A DNA stretch of 64,000 nucleotides from an uncultured Verrucomicrobiota bacterium (GCA_903907995.1 CAIVQH010000004.1:4049-68048); one strand, 5' to 3'. Positions 1-9,729 are shown, counted from the first letter of the stretch. Translations and numbers: made by a program. Notes: a model not told the origin generated them from the letters alone.

Positions 1-1578
1 TGCGTTGAGCTCCGCCAGCACGCCGACCAGCGCATCCTCCTCATTCCGGGCCACACTGCTGCCGGTCGCGGCGTAGTTGTTCACGAGCAGGGCGAAGGCG
101 AGGTGTTCACCCGCCGCCGTGGTGACGTAGCCTGCGAGTGCGCTGACGCCGTCCAGTGTGCCGGTCTTCGCATGCACGTTGCCCTTCGTGGGTGCGGTGG
201 TGAAGCGGGCCTTCAACGTACCATCCACCCCACCTACGGGCAGGGCGTCGAGCCAGGCCTTTGACCAACGATGGCTCTTCATGTGGGTGAGCAACTGCAC
301 CAGCGCGTTGGCGGTCACAACGTTGGCGCGGGCCATGCCGGAGCCCTCCTGCAGCAGCACCTCACCCTTCGCGATGCCGGCGGTTTTCAGGAAGTCCTCG
401 AGCGCGCGAAGGCCGGCCTCCTCCGTTGTGATGGCCCGGGGCCTGGCCCGTTCGTAGTCGCGCGGATGGCGCTCGGTCTCGGCGCCGGTTGCGAGCAGCA
501 GGAGCTGCGCGTAAAGATTTTGCGACGGCTTGAGTGTCTCGCGCACGAGTTCCACCACAGCGGGTGAGGGGATTGCGGCCAGTTCGTGCCAGGAGTTGTC
601 GCCATCCGCTGTCGCGGTTTCAGCGACACGCACGTTTCCGGCCACCGTGATGCCAGTCTGAGCCAGCGCCTCCCGCAGCGCGCAGCCGAAATAGCGGGCG
701 GGCGAAGGCACTGAAACCTCTTCACGGGTGCGTTCGCCGCCGACCGGAAACTCGCCCGCAACCTCGATTTTTCCGGAGCCGGGCAGCCGCTCGAAACGAA
801 GTGCGACCTCATGGGGCGCGGCCACGGTGAGGGCCGAATTGGTGAGCGTGACCAGCGATGTGCCGTCGGCCAGATTGGTGGCGAGGGCGAAGGCGGGCGA
901 CAGGATGAGGCGGACCGGTTGTCCGGCCTTCGCGGCTGGGCCGGCGGTCAGATGGACGACATTGTCATTAAACGTCAGAGCCGAAACGACCGGACCATAC
1001 TTGGTGGATAGAGCATCCCACTCCCAGCCGCTGCCGTACGGCGGCCCACGAAAGGCGCTCGTGTCGCAGACCAGGTCGCCGGCGATGCGTTTTATGCCTG
1101 CTTCCTTCAGGGCGGAAACCAGGGGCGTCAGTGCGGATTCCCAGCGGCCGCCGTGCAGCCGGGTGGTGAAGGTGGGATCGCCCCCGCCCACCACGCGCAG
1201 ATCGCCGGGCAAGATGCCGTCAGGGCGGGGAGCCTGACGAATGCGCAGCGAGGTCGCCAGCCGGTGATCCGCCCCGAGGCGGTCGAGGGCCAGCGCGCAG
1301 GTGAACAGCTTGGTGCAGGAGGCGGGGACCAGCAGCCGGGTCGCGTTCGTCGCGAAGAGCGTCTTGCCGGTGTCGAGCGAGATCACCTTGGCTCCCCAAG
1401 TGGCTCCGGCGAGGCGGGAGGCGGCAAGCTTCGTGGCAAATTGCGCGGGCAGCTCCGCCGGTGTGACCGGCAATGCCTTTGCGGTCGGGGCCGCATTGGT
1501 AGGGGCAGCGGATGCGTGCGCCAGCACCAGGGTCAGGCCGGCCAGCAGGCCCGTGTACCGGAGAAGTCGGGGCGACAT
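1..1578 (-). CDS. dacB: D-alanyl-D-alanine carboxypeptidase/endopeptidase (PBP4, peptidase S13); 3' end runs off the window
   Basis: Translated by hand (not in the ORF track because there is no stop in the window): ATG at 1578 with signal peptide MSPRLLRYTGLLAGLTLVLAH; motifs PASCTK (SxxK), KPSQN (SxN), HAKTGTL (KTG). Confidence 0.9.
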   Translation of the reverse strand, partial: MSPRLLRYTGLLAGLTLVLAHASAAPTNAAPTAKALPVTPAELPAQFATKLAASRLAGATWGAKVISLDTGKTLFATNATRLLVPASCTKLFTCALALDRLGADHRLATSLRIRQAPRPDGILPGDLRVVGGGDPTFTTRLHGGRWESALTPLVSALKEAGIKRIAGDLVCDTSAFRGPPYGSGWEWDALSTKYGPVVSALTFNDNVVHLTAGPAAKAGQPVRLILSPAFALATNLADGTSLVTLTNSALTVAAPHEVALRFERLPGSGKIEVAGEFPVGGERTREEVSVPSPARYFGCALREALAQTGITVAGNVRVAETATADGDNSWHELAAIPSPAVVELVRETLKPSQNLYAQLLLLATGAETERHPRDYERARPRAITTEEAGLRALEDFLKTAGIAKGEVLLQEGSGMARANVVTANALVQLLTHMKSHRWSKAWLDALPVGGVDGTLKARFTTAPTKGNVHAKTGTLDGVSALAGYVTTAAGEHLAFALLVNNYAATGSSVARNEEDALVGVLAELNA

Positions 1579-1627
1579 GCGAAAAAGGATTTTGCCAAGA
1601 GCGCCTTCCCGCAATAGAGGAAATGCC

Positions 1628-2125
1628 GTGCGAACGCTGGATTATCCTGACCGCCATTTCGTGCGTGCCGCGGAAGGCTGGCTGGAACTCGGCGATTCGG
1701 CCGAGGCGGCCCGGGAACTGCGCCAGCTAACGAAGGCGGCGGAGAAGCATCCCGACGTGCTGGAACTCCGTTGGCGGCTCTATGCGCTGACGCGCCAGTG
1801 GGACGCCGCCCTGGCAATGGCCCGTGCCGTCATCACCGTCGCACCGGAACGGCCGACGGGCTGGATTCACCAGAGCTATAGCCTGCACGAGCTGAAGCGC
1901 ACGGATGAGGCGTGGGAACAGCTGCTGGCCGCGGCGAGCAAGTTTCCAGAGGATTCCGTCATTCCCTACAACCTCGCCTGCTATGCCTGCCAGCTGGGCG
2001 ACCTGCTGGTGGCCCGGGACTGGATCCAGAGGGCGGTGAAGCTGCTGGGCAAGGCGGAGATCAAGTCAATGGCGCAGTCGGACGGCGACCTCGCGCCGCT
2101 GCGGGACTACATCGACGGGCTTTGA
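1628..2125 (+). CDS. Tetratricopeptide-repeat protein
   Basis: GTG at 1628 within ORF 1301..2125; helical TPR-like repeats (AEGWLELGDSAEA, IPYNLACYACQLG). Confidence 0.8.
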   Translation: MRTLDYPDRHFVRAAEGWLELGDSAEAARELRQLTKAAEKHPDVLELRWRLYALTRQWDAALAMARAVITVAPERPTGWIHQSYSLHELKRTDEAWEQLLAAASKFPEDSVIPYNLACYACQLGDLLVARDWIQRAVKLLGKAEIKSMAQSDGDLAPLRDYIDGL

Positions 2126-2530
2126 TTACGGCTTGTCCGTGATCTTCTCCCAGTCGAAGCCCTGTTTCTCGGCATAGGTGGCAAACGCCTTTTCATGCAG
2201 GATCAGGACCGCGCGGACCACGCTGGAATCGTCGGCCCGGCCAAAGGTGCCGAGGAAATCGGGGATGATGTCGTTCTTGCGGTGGGCGTAGGTGAGCGCA
2301 AAGACCGCGGCGGAGAGGGCGTAGTAGGGGAGGTCCTTGTAGGCACCTTCGGCGGCGTCTTCCACCGCGTCGGCCAGAAACTCGAGCTGGTTCACGAGGT
2401 GCGGAAAATGCGGCGCGTTGATCGCCGCGAACTCGACCTTCCACATCGGCACGTTGCGCAGGACCTTGTCGACGATGGCGGGCGTGATCTGCGCCGCCCC
2501 GTGGGCCACGTAATTGGCTATCTCGGACAT
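2126..2530 (-). CDS. YkvA/DUF1232-family protein
   Basis: DIIPDFLGTFGRADD motif; ATG at 2530 preceded by TTGTCT-16-TACTGT. Confidence 0.75.
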   Translation of the reverse strand: MSEIANYVAHGAAQITPAIVDKVLRNVPMWKVEFAAINAPHFPHLVNQLEFLADAVEDAAEGAYKDLPYYALSAAVFALTYAHRKNDIIPDFLGTFGRADDSSVVRAVLILHEKAFATYAEKQGFDWEKITDKP

Positions 2531-2599
2531 GGGCACACAGTAGCGAAAGGACGGCGACAGACAATCCGCAACTCACCTGTTTTTGGAGAGAGGGCCGAA

Positions 2600-2664
2600 G
2601 GAGCGCCGGTCTCCGACCCGGCGTGTTTGGTTCTCCGCCTCGCCGGCTCGGAGACGGGCGCTCC
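2600..2664. repeat. REP-like palindrome, family A copy 1
   Basis: GGAGCGCCGGTCTCCGACCCGGC...GCCGGCTCGGAGACGGGCGCTCC inverted arms; related copy at 34979-35049. Confidence 0.65.
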
Positions 2665-2720
2665 AAGTTGCGAGCGAAATCCAAGCTGCGAAAACCATTT
2701 GGTCCGGTTTGAATCGAACC

Positions 2721-3050
2721 ATGAAGCGCACCTCCCGACACGTCCTCGTTTTCGTCACCGCTCCGGATTTGAAGACGGCCCGCGCCCTGGCCAAAGCGGC
2801 GTTGGAAGCCCGGCTGGTGGCGTGTGCCAACCTGGTGCCGAGGATGGAGTCACACTACTGGTGGCAGGGAAAACTGGAGCGCAGCGCCGAGGTGCTGATG
2901 CTGATGAAGACCACCCGGCCGCAGCTGAAGGCCCTGGAGGAAACCATTCTCACGAGCCACCCGTATGACACGGCGGAGTTCGTGGTGGTGCCGCTCGAGG
3001 CCGGCAGCGCCAAATATCTGGCGTGGATCGATGACAGCGTGCGGCGGTAA
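2721..3050 (+). CDS. cutA: Divalent-cation tolerance protein CutA
   Basis: LVACANL, SHYWWQGKLE, HPYDTAE motifs; ATG at 2721. Confidence 0.9.
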   Translation: MKRTSRHVLVFVTAPDLKTARALAKAALEARLVACANLVPRMESHYWWQGKLERSAEVLMLMKTTRPQLKALEETILTSHPYDTAEFVVVPLEAGSAKYLAWIDDSVRR

Positions 3051-3067
3051 GCCGGGTCAGCGCCGGC

Positions 3068-3304
3068 TCAGGCGGGCCGGGACGTCTGCGGTCGGGTGTT
3101 CACCTCGATCTGAACGGTATCGCGTTTGATGGCGGTGACCTGATCGTTCAGCTTCCGCAGTTCCTGGTGCAGTTTAGAGAGGTACGACCAGGCGATGAGC
3201 GGAAACAGCACCCAGCCGACCGCCAGAATCGTAAACAGGACGAGGCAGGCCACCCCGGCGGTGGACGAAAAGAAGTTTTCCAGGCTGTGATCTGAACCAT
3301 TCAT
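3068..3304 (-). CDS. Small hypothetical membrane protein (one TM helix plus coiled coil)
   Basis: 78 aa, hydrophobic stretch then heptad pattern; fills the gap between flanking genes. Confidence 0.6.
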   Translation of the reverse strand: MNGSDHSLENFFSSTAGVACLVLFTILAVGWVLFPLIAWSYLSKLHQELRKLNDQVTAIKRDTVQIEVNTRPQTSRPA

Positions 3305-3365
3305 CGCACGAAAGAGTGCGGGCTTCCGGTGGCCGCTTCAACCTGTGGGCGATTACGGATGAAGA

Positions 3366-4478
3366 TTACCAGACTTCCACCGGCCCCTTGGGCACCGGGA
3401 TGGCCGTGCGGGTGGCCGAGGCGGGTTCGCTCTCTCGCATGAAGCTGGCGACCATCGGCGGCGGCGTGAAGCGCGGCAGCAGCTCGCCACGTTCGTCACA
3501 GAACTGCGCGCGCCAGCGGAGGAAGTTCGCGAGGATCTCGTGAAACTGCGCCCGCGTGGACATCAGCACGACCTTCTTGTTGAACTCGCTCACCGGGCCG
3601 AAGCGCTTCGCGTACCATGGCGCAACCTTGCGGAACATCACGCAGCCCAGCTCCTCGCCGAAGACCTCGACCATCAGGTCGAGATGGCGGCACATCACCT
3701 GCACGCGGTCGTTGAACGTGGGCTCCGGCGGCAGCAATCCCGTCGCGACATACTGCTGCGTGCGGACAAAAATCCACGGATCGTAGAAGGCGCCGCGACC
3801 GATGCTGACGCCGGCGCAGCCGGTCTCGTCGAACATGTGCTTCGCGGCGACCGGCGTGGTCACGTCGCCATTGCCGATGACCGGGATGCGCTTCACCGCC
3901 CGCACCACGGCGCGGATGCCGGCGAGGTTCACGGTGCCGCCGAAGCCCTGTTCCCGCGTGCGCCCGTGGACAAACACGGCGGCAATGCCCGCGTCTTCCA
4001 GTGTGCGGGCGAGGTCGGGCGCGGTGAGATTCTCGTCGTCCCAGCCGAGCCGCATCTTGGCCGTCACCGGAATTTTCAGGGCGTTCACCATCGTGCGGAC
4101 GAGGTGCGCGGTCTTGTCCAGCTCGGTCATCATGGCCGAGCCGCCGCCGACGCGGCAGACTTTCTTCACCGGGCAGCCCATGTTGATGTCCACCGAGCTG
4201 ACCCCGAGCGATTCAAGCCACAGTGCCGCGTCGCGCATCTCCTCCGGCACCGCGCCGAAGAGCTGCACGGCGAGCGGCCGGTCGCGCTCGTTGGTCTCGA
4301 TGAGTTTCAGAGCCTTGCGGTTCCGCTCGATGAGCGAGCGCGCGTTGACCAGGTCGGTCGTGGCGAGGTCCAGCCCGCCGATCTCCCGCGCCACGATGCG
4401 GAAGGGCAGGTTGGTATAACCCGCCAGTGGCGACAGAAAGAGATTGGAGCGCAGTTGGAGCGTCCCGAACGAAATCAC
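3366..4478 (-). CDS. dusB: tRNA-dihydrouridine synthase, DusB type
   Basis: LSPLAGYTNLPFR, DINMGCPVKKV, VHGRTREQ, IGNGDV motifs. Confidence 0.9.
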   Translation of the reverse strand: MISFGTLQLRSNLFLSPLAGYTNLPFRIVAREIGGLDLATTDLVNARSLIERNRKALKLIETNERDRPLAVQLFGAVPEEMRDAALWLESLGVSSVDINMGCPVKKVCRVGGGSAMMTELDKTAHLVRTMVNALKIPVTAKMRLGWDDENLTAPDLARTLEDAGIAAVFVHGRTREQGFGGTVNLAGIRAVVRAVKRIPVIGNGDVTTPVAAKHMFDETGCAGVSIGRGAFYDPWIFVRTQQYVATGLLPPEPTFNDRVQVMCRHLDLMVEVFGEELGCVMFRKVAPWYAKRFGPVSEFNKKVVLMSTRAQFHEILANFLRWRAQFCDERGELLPRFTPPPMVASFMRESEPASATRTAIPVPKGPVEVW

Positions 4479-4600
4479 GGAGTGATCCTAGTCGCGGCAA
4501 GGCTCGGACGAAAGCCGGCAAACATGCCATTGAAGGCTGGCGGAGGCGAAACCGTCGTTTGACTCGCGTGTCGATGGCGGCACGCTGTCCTCCGTTCAAG

Positions 4601-5287
4601 ATGGCCCTGCTGGAAATCACCGATCTCCGAAAGTCGTTCACCGCGCCTGATGGCGGGAAGCACGAAGTTGTCCGCATTGCGCGCTTTGCATTGGAAGCGA
4701 AGGCGCAGCTCGCCCTGAGCGGGCCGAGTGGCACAGGCAAGACCACGTTCCTCCACCTGATTGCGGGCATTCTGGCACCGGATGCGGGACGTTTGGTGCT
4801 GGACGGCGTGGAGATGTCGGCCCTGCCTGAGTCGGCGCGGGACCGCCTGCGAGCAACCTCGATCGGTTACATTTTCCAAACCTTCAACCTGCTCCAGGGC
4901 TTCACGGTGTTGGAGAATGTGTTGCTGGGGATGTCTTTTGGGCCCGGAGCAGACCGAGCCCATGCCGAGGCGCTGCTCCGGCGGGTCGGGCTGGGCGAGC
5001 GGCTGAACCATTTTCCCCGGCAGCTTTCCACGGGCCAGCAGCAGCGGGTGGCAGTCGCGCGGGCACTGGCGAACCGGCCAAAGCTCGTCCTTGCCGATGA
5101 GCCGACGGGTAATTTGGACACCGCGAACGCCCGCGCTTCGCTAGCGCTGATCCGTGAGGCTTGCACCGAGAATGGCGCGGCGCTGCTGCTCGTGAGCCAC
5201 GATCCGGCGGTGCTGGCGAGCTTTGAGAGCCATGCGTCGCTCGCCGAGCTCAACGCGGCCTCGCGGCCGAACGGAGGTGCCCTGTGA
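4601..5287 (+). CDS. ABC transporter ATP-binding protein (LolD/MacB-like)
   Basis: Walker A GPSGTGKT, LSTGQQQRVAVARA, LADEPTGNLD; ATG at 4601. Confidence 0.9.
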   Translation: MALLEITDLRKSFTAPDGGKHEVVRIARFALEAKAQLALSGPSGTGKTTFLHLIAGILAPDAGRLVLDGVEMSALPESARDRLRATSIGYIFQTFNLLQGFTVLENVLLGMSFGPGADRAHAEALLRRVGLGERLNHFPRQLSTGQQQRVAVARALANRPKLVLADEPTGNLDTANARASLALIREACTENGAALLLVSHDPAVLASFESHASLAELNAASRPNGGAL

Positions 5288-6489
5288 CCCTCTGGCTGCT
5301 CGTCCGCCGCAGTCTGCGGCAGCATCTGCTCTCGACGATCGTGACCGCGCTGGCCATCGCGCTCGCCGGTGGCCTGCTCATGTCGGTGTGGGCGGTGAAG
5401 CGGCAGGCCCACGACACTTTCACCGGCCAGACCGGCGGCTGGGACGCGGTGCTGGGCGCGCGCGGCTCCAAGCTGCAGATCGTCCTGAACTCGATCTTCC
5501 ACCTCGAGGCTTCGCCGGGAAACGTCCCGTGGGCCGACTACCTCGACCTCGCGTCGAACCGCGCCGTATCGCTCGCGATCCCGATTGCCGTGGGGGATAA
5601 CTATCGGGGTTATCGGCTGGTCGGCACGCTGACCAACTACTTCACGCAGGCGGATTACGCGCCGGGCAAGAAGTTCGCCGTGGCCCCGGGCGGGGACATC
5701 TTCGCGGACGGTTATCGCGAGGCGGTCGTCGGCAGTTTTGCGGCGCAGCGGCTCGGACTGAAGGTGGGCGATGAATTTCATCCCTATCACGGGCTGAACT
5801 TCGATCCCAACGCCCAGCATCAGGAGACCTACAAGGTCGTCGGCATCCTGGAGCCGTCGAACACCCCGGCGGACCGCGTGATCTGGATTCCGCTCGCCGG
5901 CCTGCAGAACATGTCGGGGCACGACCCGAACTCGGCGAACGACGTGAGCGCCGTGCTGGTGAAGCTGCGGACGCCGGTCGCCGGCAAATCCCTGGAACTG
6001 CTCTACAACCGGCAGGGCAACCGGTTCACGTTTGCCTGGCCCATCGCGGAGCAGGTGGCCTACCTCTTTGAGCGGTTCGGCTGGTTCGATCAGGTGCTCA
6101 CGCTGGTGGCCTGGCTCGTGGCGCTGGTCGCAACCGGCTCGGTGCTGGCGAGCATCTACAACTCGATGAGCGCGCGGAAACGCGACCTGGCGATCCTGCG
6201 GGCGCTCGGGGCGCGGCGTGGAACCATCTTCGGGGCCATCGTGTTCGAGGCGGCGGCCATCGCGGCCTTGGGCATGCTGATCGGTTTCGTGATCTATTTC
6301 GGGGTCGTCAGTGTCGTAGCGGCGGTGATCCGCGCGCAGACCGGCGTGGTCCTGAACCCGCTGGCGTGGGACGCGGTGCTCGTGTGGGCCCCGGCGGCGA
6401 TGATCGCGCTCAGCGCCTTGGCTGGCATCGTACCGGCAATCAAGGCCTACCGGACAAACGTGGCGGAAGGGCTGGCGCCGGAGTCCTGA
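5284..6489 (+). CDS. ABC transporter permease, FtsX/MacB-like
   Basis: GARGSKLQIVLNSIFH, GDNYRGYRLVGT, RDLAILRALGA; four TM helices; overlaps the ATPase stop. Confidence 0.88.
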   Translation: MTLWLLVRRSLRQHLLSTIVTALAIALAGGLLMSVWAVKRQAHDTFTGQTGGWDAVLGARGSKLQIVLNSIFHLEASPGNVPWADYLDLASNRAVSLAIPIAVGDNYRGYRLVGTLTNYFTQADYAPGKKFAVAPGGDIFADGYREAVVGSFAAQRLGLKVGDEFHPYHGLNFDPNAQHQETYKVVGILEPSNTPADRVIWIPLAGLQNMSGHDPNSANDVSAVLVKLRTPVAGKSLELLYNRQGNRFTFAWPIAEQVAYLFERFGWFDQVLTLVAWLVALVATGSVLASIYNSMSARKRDLAILRALGARRGTIFGAIVFEAAAIAALGMLIGFVIYFGVVSVVAAVIRAQTGVVLNPLAWDAVLVWAPAAMIALSALAGIVPAIKAYRTNVAEGLAPES

Positions 6490-6545
6490 GCGAAAGCCAA
6501 CCGCGCGTTGAATTTGCTCCGGCCTCTGCTACATCCAATCCACGT

Positions 6546-7040
6546 CTGAAAACACCTCGTCCATGGTTTTGGCTGTCGGCCCTGCTGCTGACGGGGGCGG
6601 TGCTCGCTGCGGGTGGCTGCGGTGCGGGTGATGCACCCGCCAAGCCGGCCGAGGCGGCGCATCACCACGAGCACGTTCCGCCCCATGGCGGTACGGCGGT
6701 GGAGCTGGGGCATGAGGAATTCCACATCGAGTTCGTGCTTGATGCCACCGCAGGCCGGTTGACCGCCTATGTCATGGATGGCGAGTTGGAACAGTTCATC
6801 CGGATTCCTGCTGCCTCGTTCGAAGTGCAGGCCAAGGTGAATGGCGCCGACCAAAGCCTCACTTTTTCCCCGGTGGCCAATGCGGCCACGGGCGAAAAGG
6901 CGGGTGACACCTCGCAGTTTGAAGCGTCTGCCGTCTGGCTGAAGACCACGACAAACTTTGACGCCACGCTGCGGGAACTTACTGTCCGCACGCAGACTTA
7001 TCGCGCGGTGAAATTCAATTTTCCAAAAGGCAACGAATGA
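6546..7040 (+). CDS. His-rich putative metal-binding lipoprotein (start codon uncertain)
   Basis: Signal with lipobox-like LAAGGC; HHHEHVPPHGG...GHEEFHIE; no ATG near the signal, so CTG at 6546 is assumed. Confidence 0.65.
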   Translation: MKTPRPWFWLSALLLTGAVLAAGGCGAGDAPAKPAEAAHHHEHVPPHGGTAVELGHEEFHIEFVLDATAGRLTAYVMDGELEQFIRIPAASFEVQAKVNGADQSLTFSPVANAATGEKAGDTSQFEASAVWLKTTTNFDATLRELTVRTQTYRAVKFNFPKGNE

Positions 7041-7699
7041 AGACTTCCGCTCTGCTTCCCCGCCTGAAAACGGCCGGCGTGTTTGCCGTCGTGACCCTGG
7101 TGTCGACGCTATTCTTCCGCGTGCCCGAAACGGCGCTCGCGGCCGACAAGCCGGTCCGCGGCGAACCGATCAAGCCGCTTGCCGCCCCATCACGCGGGGA
7201 GCCCATCAAACCGCTCGCGCCCGCTGCCGGTGAAGCGCCGACTACGGCGAACGCTCCGACGGCCGCAGCCATGGACGGCGACTTTTCGGTCGTGGGCTTC
7301 GACAAGCTGAGCACCTTCAAATACGACGTGCCGGACGATGCGACGACCAACACCGTGGCGTCCGCCAAAAACCCGGACGAGCAGATTCCCGCGCCGGTGA
7401 AGGCTTTCAGCGGCAAGCGGGTTTCGCTAAAGGGGTTCATGCTGCCGCTCAAGGTCGAGGGCGGCCTGGTGACCGAACTGCTCATCATGCGCGACCAGTC
7501 CATGTGCTGCTACGGGGCCGTGCCGAAAATCAACGAATGGGTCGCGGTCAAGATGACCGGCAAGGGCGTGAAACCGATCATGGACCAGGCCGTGACGCTG
7601 TACGGCACGCTCAAGGTCGGCGCGATCCGCGAAAACGGCTATCTGGTGGGCATCTACCAGCTCGACGGTGAAAAGATGAAAGATCCGGTGGGAATGTGA
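7037..7699 (+). CDS. DUF3299-like exported protein
   Basis: GKRVSLKGFMLPL...SMCCYGAVPKINEWV; signal peptide; typical partner of this ABC type. Confidence 0.75.
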   Translation: MKTSALLPRLKTAGVFAVVTLVSTLFFRVPETALAADKPVRGEPIKPLAAPSRGEPIKPLAPAAGEAPTTANAPTAAAMDGDFSVVGFDKLSTFKYDVPDDATTNTVASAKNPDEQIPAPVKAFSGKRVSLKGFMLPLKVEGGLVTELLIMRDQSMCCYGAVPKINEWVAVKMTGKGVKPIMDQAVTLYGTLKVGAIRENGYLVGIYQLDGEKMKDPVGM

Positions 7700-7724
7700 C
7701 CGGGCGCAGCCTGCGCTATGAAAC

Positions 7725-7756
7725 GAAGGCCGGCCCGATGCCGGCCTTCTTTTTTT
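7725..7756 (+). terminator. Rho-independent terminator
   Basis: GAAGGCCGGC-ccgat-GCCGGCCTTC followed by T7. Confidence 0.85.
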
Positions 7757-7798
7757 GAGCAGCCGGGAGCGGCACCGGTCTGAGGCAGCAGTAACGAG

Positions 7799-8560
7799 AT
7801 GAATCTGAGCCGCCGCCGCTTTCTTTGGCATGCCCTGTGGGCCGCCCCCGTTGGTGTCGTGGCGGATGCGGCAGTGGTGGAACCGCACTGGCTCAACATC
7901 AAGACCGTCACACTCGCGAAGGGAGCAGTCCGGCACCGGTTCGTCCACCTCACCGACATCCACCACAAAGGGGATGAGGCCTATCTTCGGCGGGTCATCG
8001 CGGAGGTGAACCGGCTCAAGCCGGACTTCGCGTGCTTTACAGGCGACCTGGTCGAGGAGGCCAAGTTTGTGCCGCCAGCCTTAGAAATCCTCCGCGAGGT
8101 GCAAGTGCCGTTGTACGGGATACCCGGCAATCACGACCATTGGAGCCGGGCGAATTTCGGCCCCATCCGGGACGCCTTTGCGGCGACGGGCGGTGCCTGG
8201 CTGCAGGACCGCCAGATGCTGATCCGAGATGGCGCGATCAATCTCATGGCGCTGGACCGGCTGCCGGCCCGGCTCGTGGCGGATCCGGCGCGATTCAATC
8301 TCCTGCTCATGCACTATCCCGAATGGGCCGACCGGCTGCCGGGGCTGAGCTGTGACCTGCTGCTGGCCGGCCATTCGCATGGCGGCCAGGTCCGCGTACC
8401 GGTTATCGGTGCGATCTTCACGCCCTCGGATACCGGGGCCTATGACATGGGCCTGTTTGAAACGCCCGCCGGACCTCTCTACGTCAATCCGGGCATTGGT
8501 ACGCTGGGTTACAGCATCCGGTTCAACTGCCGCCCGGAACTGACCGTGTTCGAGATCTGA
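7799..8560 (+). CDS. Metallophosphoesterase (YkuE-like) with Tat-like signal
   Basis: DIH, GDLVE, GNHD, GHSHGGQ motifs; N-terminal SRRRFL. Confidence 0.88.
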   Translation: MNLSRRRFLWHALWAAPVGVVADAAVVEPHWLNIKTVTLAKGAVRHRFVHLTDIHHKGDEAYLRRVIAEVNRLKPDFACFTGDLVEEAKFVPPALEILREVQVPLYGIPGNHDHWSRANFGPIRDAFAATGGAWLQDRQMLIRDGAINLMALDRLPARLVADPARFNLLLMHYPEWADRLPGLSCDLLLAGHSHGGQVRVPVIGAIFTPSDTGAYDMGLFETPAGPLYVNPGIGTLGYSIRFNCRPELTVFEI

Positions 8561-9163
8561 TCAGCCGCGCGCGGCGGCCAGGACTTCCGGCCGGGCCGGC
8601 TCGATGACGAGGGCGACACAGCCGTTGGGAGAATACAATGCGTGATGATGGGTGCCGGGCTCCGCGTGAAGAAAATCGCCCGCCCCCAGCGTGCGCCCTT
8701 CGGTGACGAGATCGCCCGAAAGCACGTAGAGATCCTCGGCTCCATCATGGTCGTGCTCGGGAAACGAGGTGCCGGGAGCCAGCTCCACGAGCACCGTCCA
8801 GTAGCCCTTTTCGTGGCAGATGGACAGCGGCTTGACCCGGAGCCCGGGAATCGGTGTCGGCTGCCATTCGCCCTCATCGCGCCCGTGAAAGGTGAAGCCG
8901 GCCGGCGCATCGGCCGCGCCGGCGGGCCGCACTTGCGGGGTGCGGGCAATCTGTTCGAGCACGCGGGCGCGCACTTCGGGCGAGGGCGCGGGACCGGTGG
9001 GCAAGGAAACGGCCAAGGCGGCGGCGGCGTCATGGAGCGAAGCCAGCTCGTCGCGCACGTCGGGGTCGTGGGCCGCGAGGGCCTCCGCCCGGGCCAGTTC
9101 CGCGCGGTCAAGCGCACCGGCGGCGTGGGCCGCGGCGAGTTCCTGCAAATCGGTGCACTTCAT
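8561..9163 (-). CDS. Anti-sigma factor with ChrR-like cupin domain
   Basis: N-terminal anti-sigma helices; cupin FPEHDHDGAEDLYVLSG...HAEPGTHH; overlaps the stop of the ECF gene. Confidence 0.82.
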   Translation of the reverse strand: MKCTDLQELAAAHAAGALDRAELARAEALAAHDPDVRDELASLHDAAAALAVSLPTGPAPSPEVRARVLEQIARTPQVRPAGAADAPAGFTFHGRDEGEWQPTPIPGLRVKPLSICHEKGYWTVLVELAPGTSFPEHDHDGAEDLYVLSGDLVTEGRTLGAGDFLHAEPGTHHHALYSPNGCVALVIEPARPEVLAAARG

Positions 9164-9729
9164 AAATGTCCTTCCAAGGCGTCCCGCAGGGCGAGCATGC
9201 CCCGACGGATTCGGGCTTTTACGGTTCCCAGGGGAACGCCCAGTTGTTCGGAAATCTCCAGCTGTGTCAGCCCGCCAAAGAAGGCCAGCTCGATGGCCCG
9301 GCGCTGCTCGGGGGGCAGCACTTCGAGGGCGGTGCGCAAAAATGCGGCCGTTTCGCTGGTCATGGCAGCCTGCGGCGCTTCCGGCTCAGTGTCGGCGCCG
9401 AAACCCGCCTCGGTCGCCGCAGCTTCATGGACGCTGGCCTTGCGCTGCCGCGACCGCAGCCGGTCGATGGCCTTGTTGCGCGTCAGCGTGATGGCCCAAC
9501 TGAGGGGCTTGCCAAACATCGGGTCGTAAACCGGGGCGCGTTCCCAGAGCAGCACCGCCGCCTCCGCCAAGGCGTCTTCGGCATCCTGCAGATTGCCCAG
9601 CACGCGCAGGGCAACGTTGAAAAGCAGCTGCGAGTGGCGGTCGAAAAATTCCGCGAAGGCGGCCGCGTCACCCTGACGGACCTGCTCGAACAGCGCGGAA
9701 TCGATGGCGGCGGATTCAGACGCATCCAT
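9160..9729 (-). CDS. ECF sigma factor (SigK/RpoE-like); alternative upstream starts to 9819
   Basis: DAEDAL, WAITLTRNKAIDRLR, LAFFGGLTQLEISEQLGVPLGTVKARIRRG. Confidence 0.9.
   Translation of the reverse strand: MDASESAAIDSALFEQVRQGDAAAFAEFFDRHSQLLFNVALRVLGNLQDAEDALAEAAVLLWERAPVYDPMFGKPLSWAITLTRNKAIDRLRSRQRKASVHEAAATEAGFGADTEPEAPQAAMTSETAAFLRTALEVLPPEQRRAIELAFFGGLTQLEISEQLGVPLGTVKARIRRGMLALRDALEGHL

Noticed and set aside
158-1617. Several plus-strand ORFs at the window start
   Set aside because: All overlap the minus-strand dacB, which the ORF track missed because it has no stop in the window
4651-4660. TGGCGGGA as an att duplicate of the tRNA-Asp 3' end
   Set aside because: Only 8 bp and inside a coding gene; expected by chance
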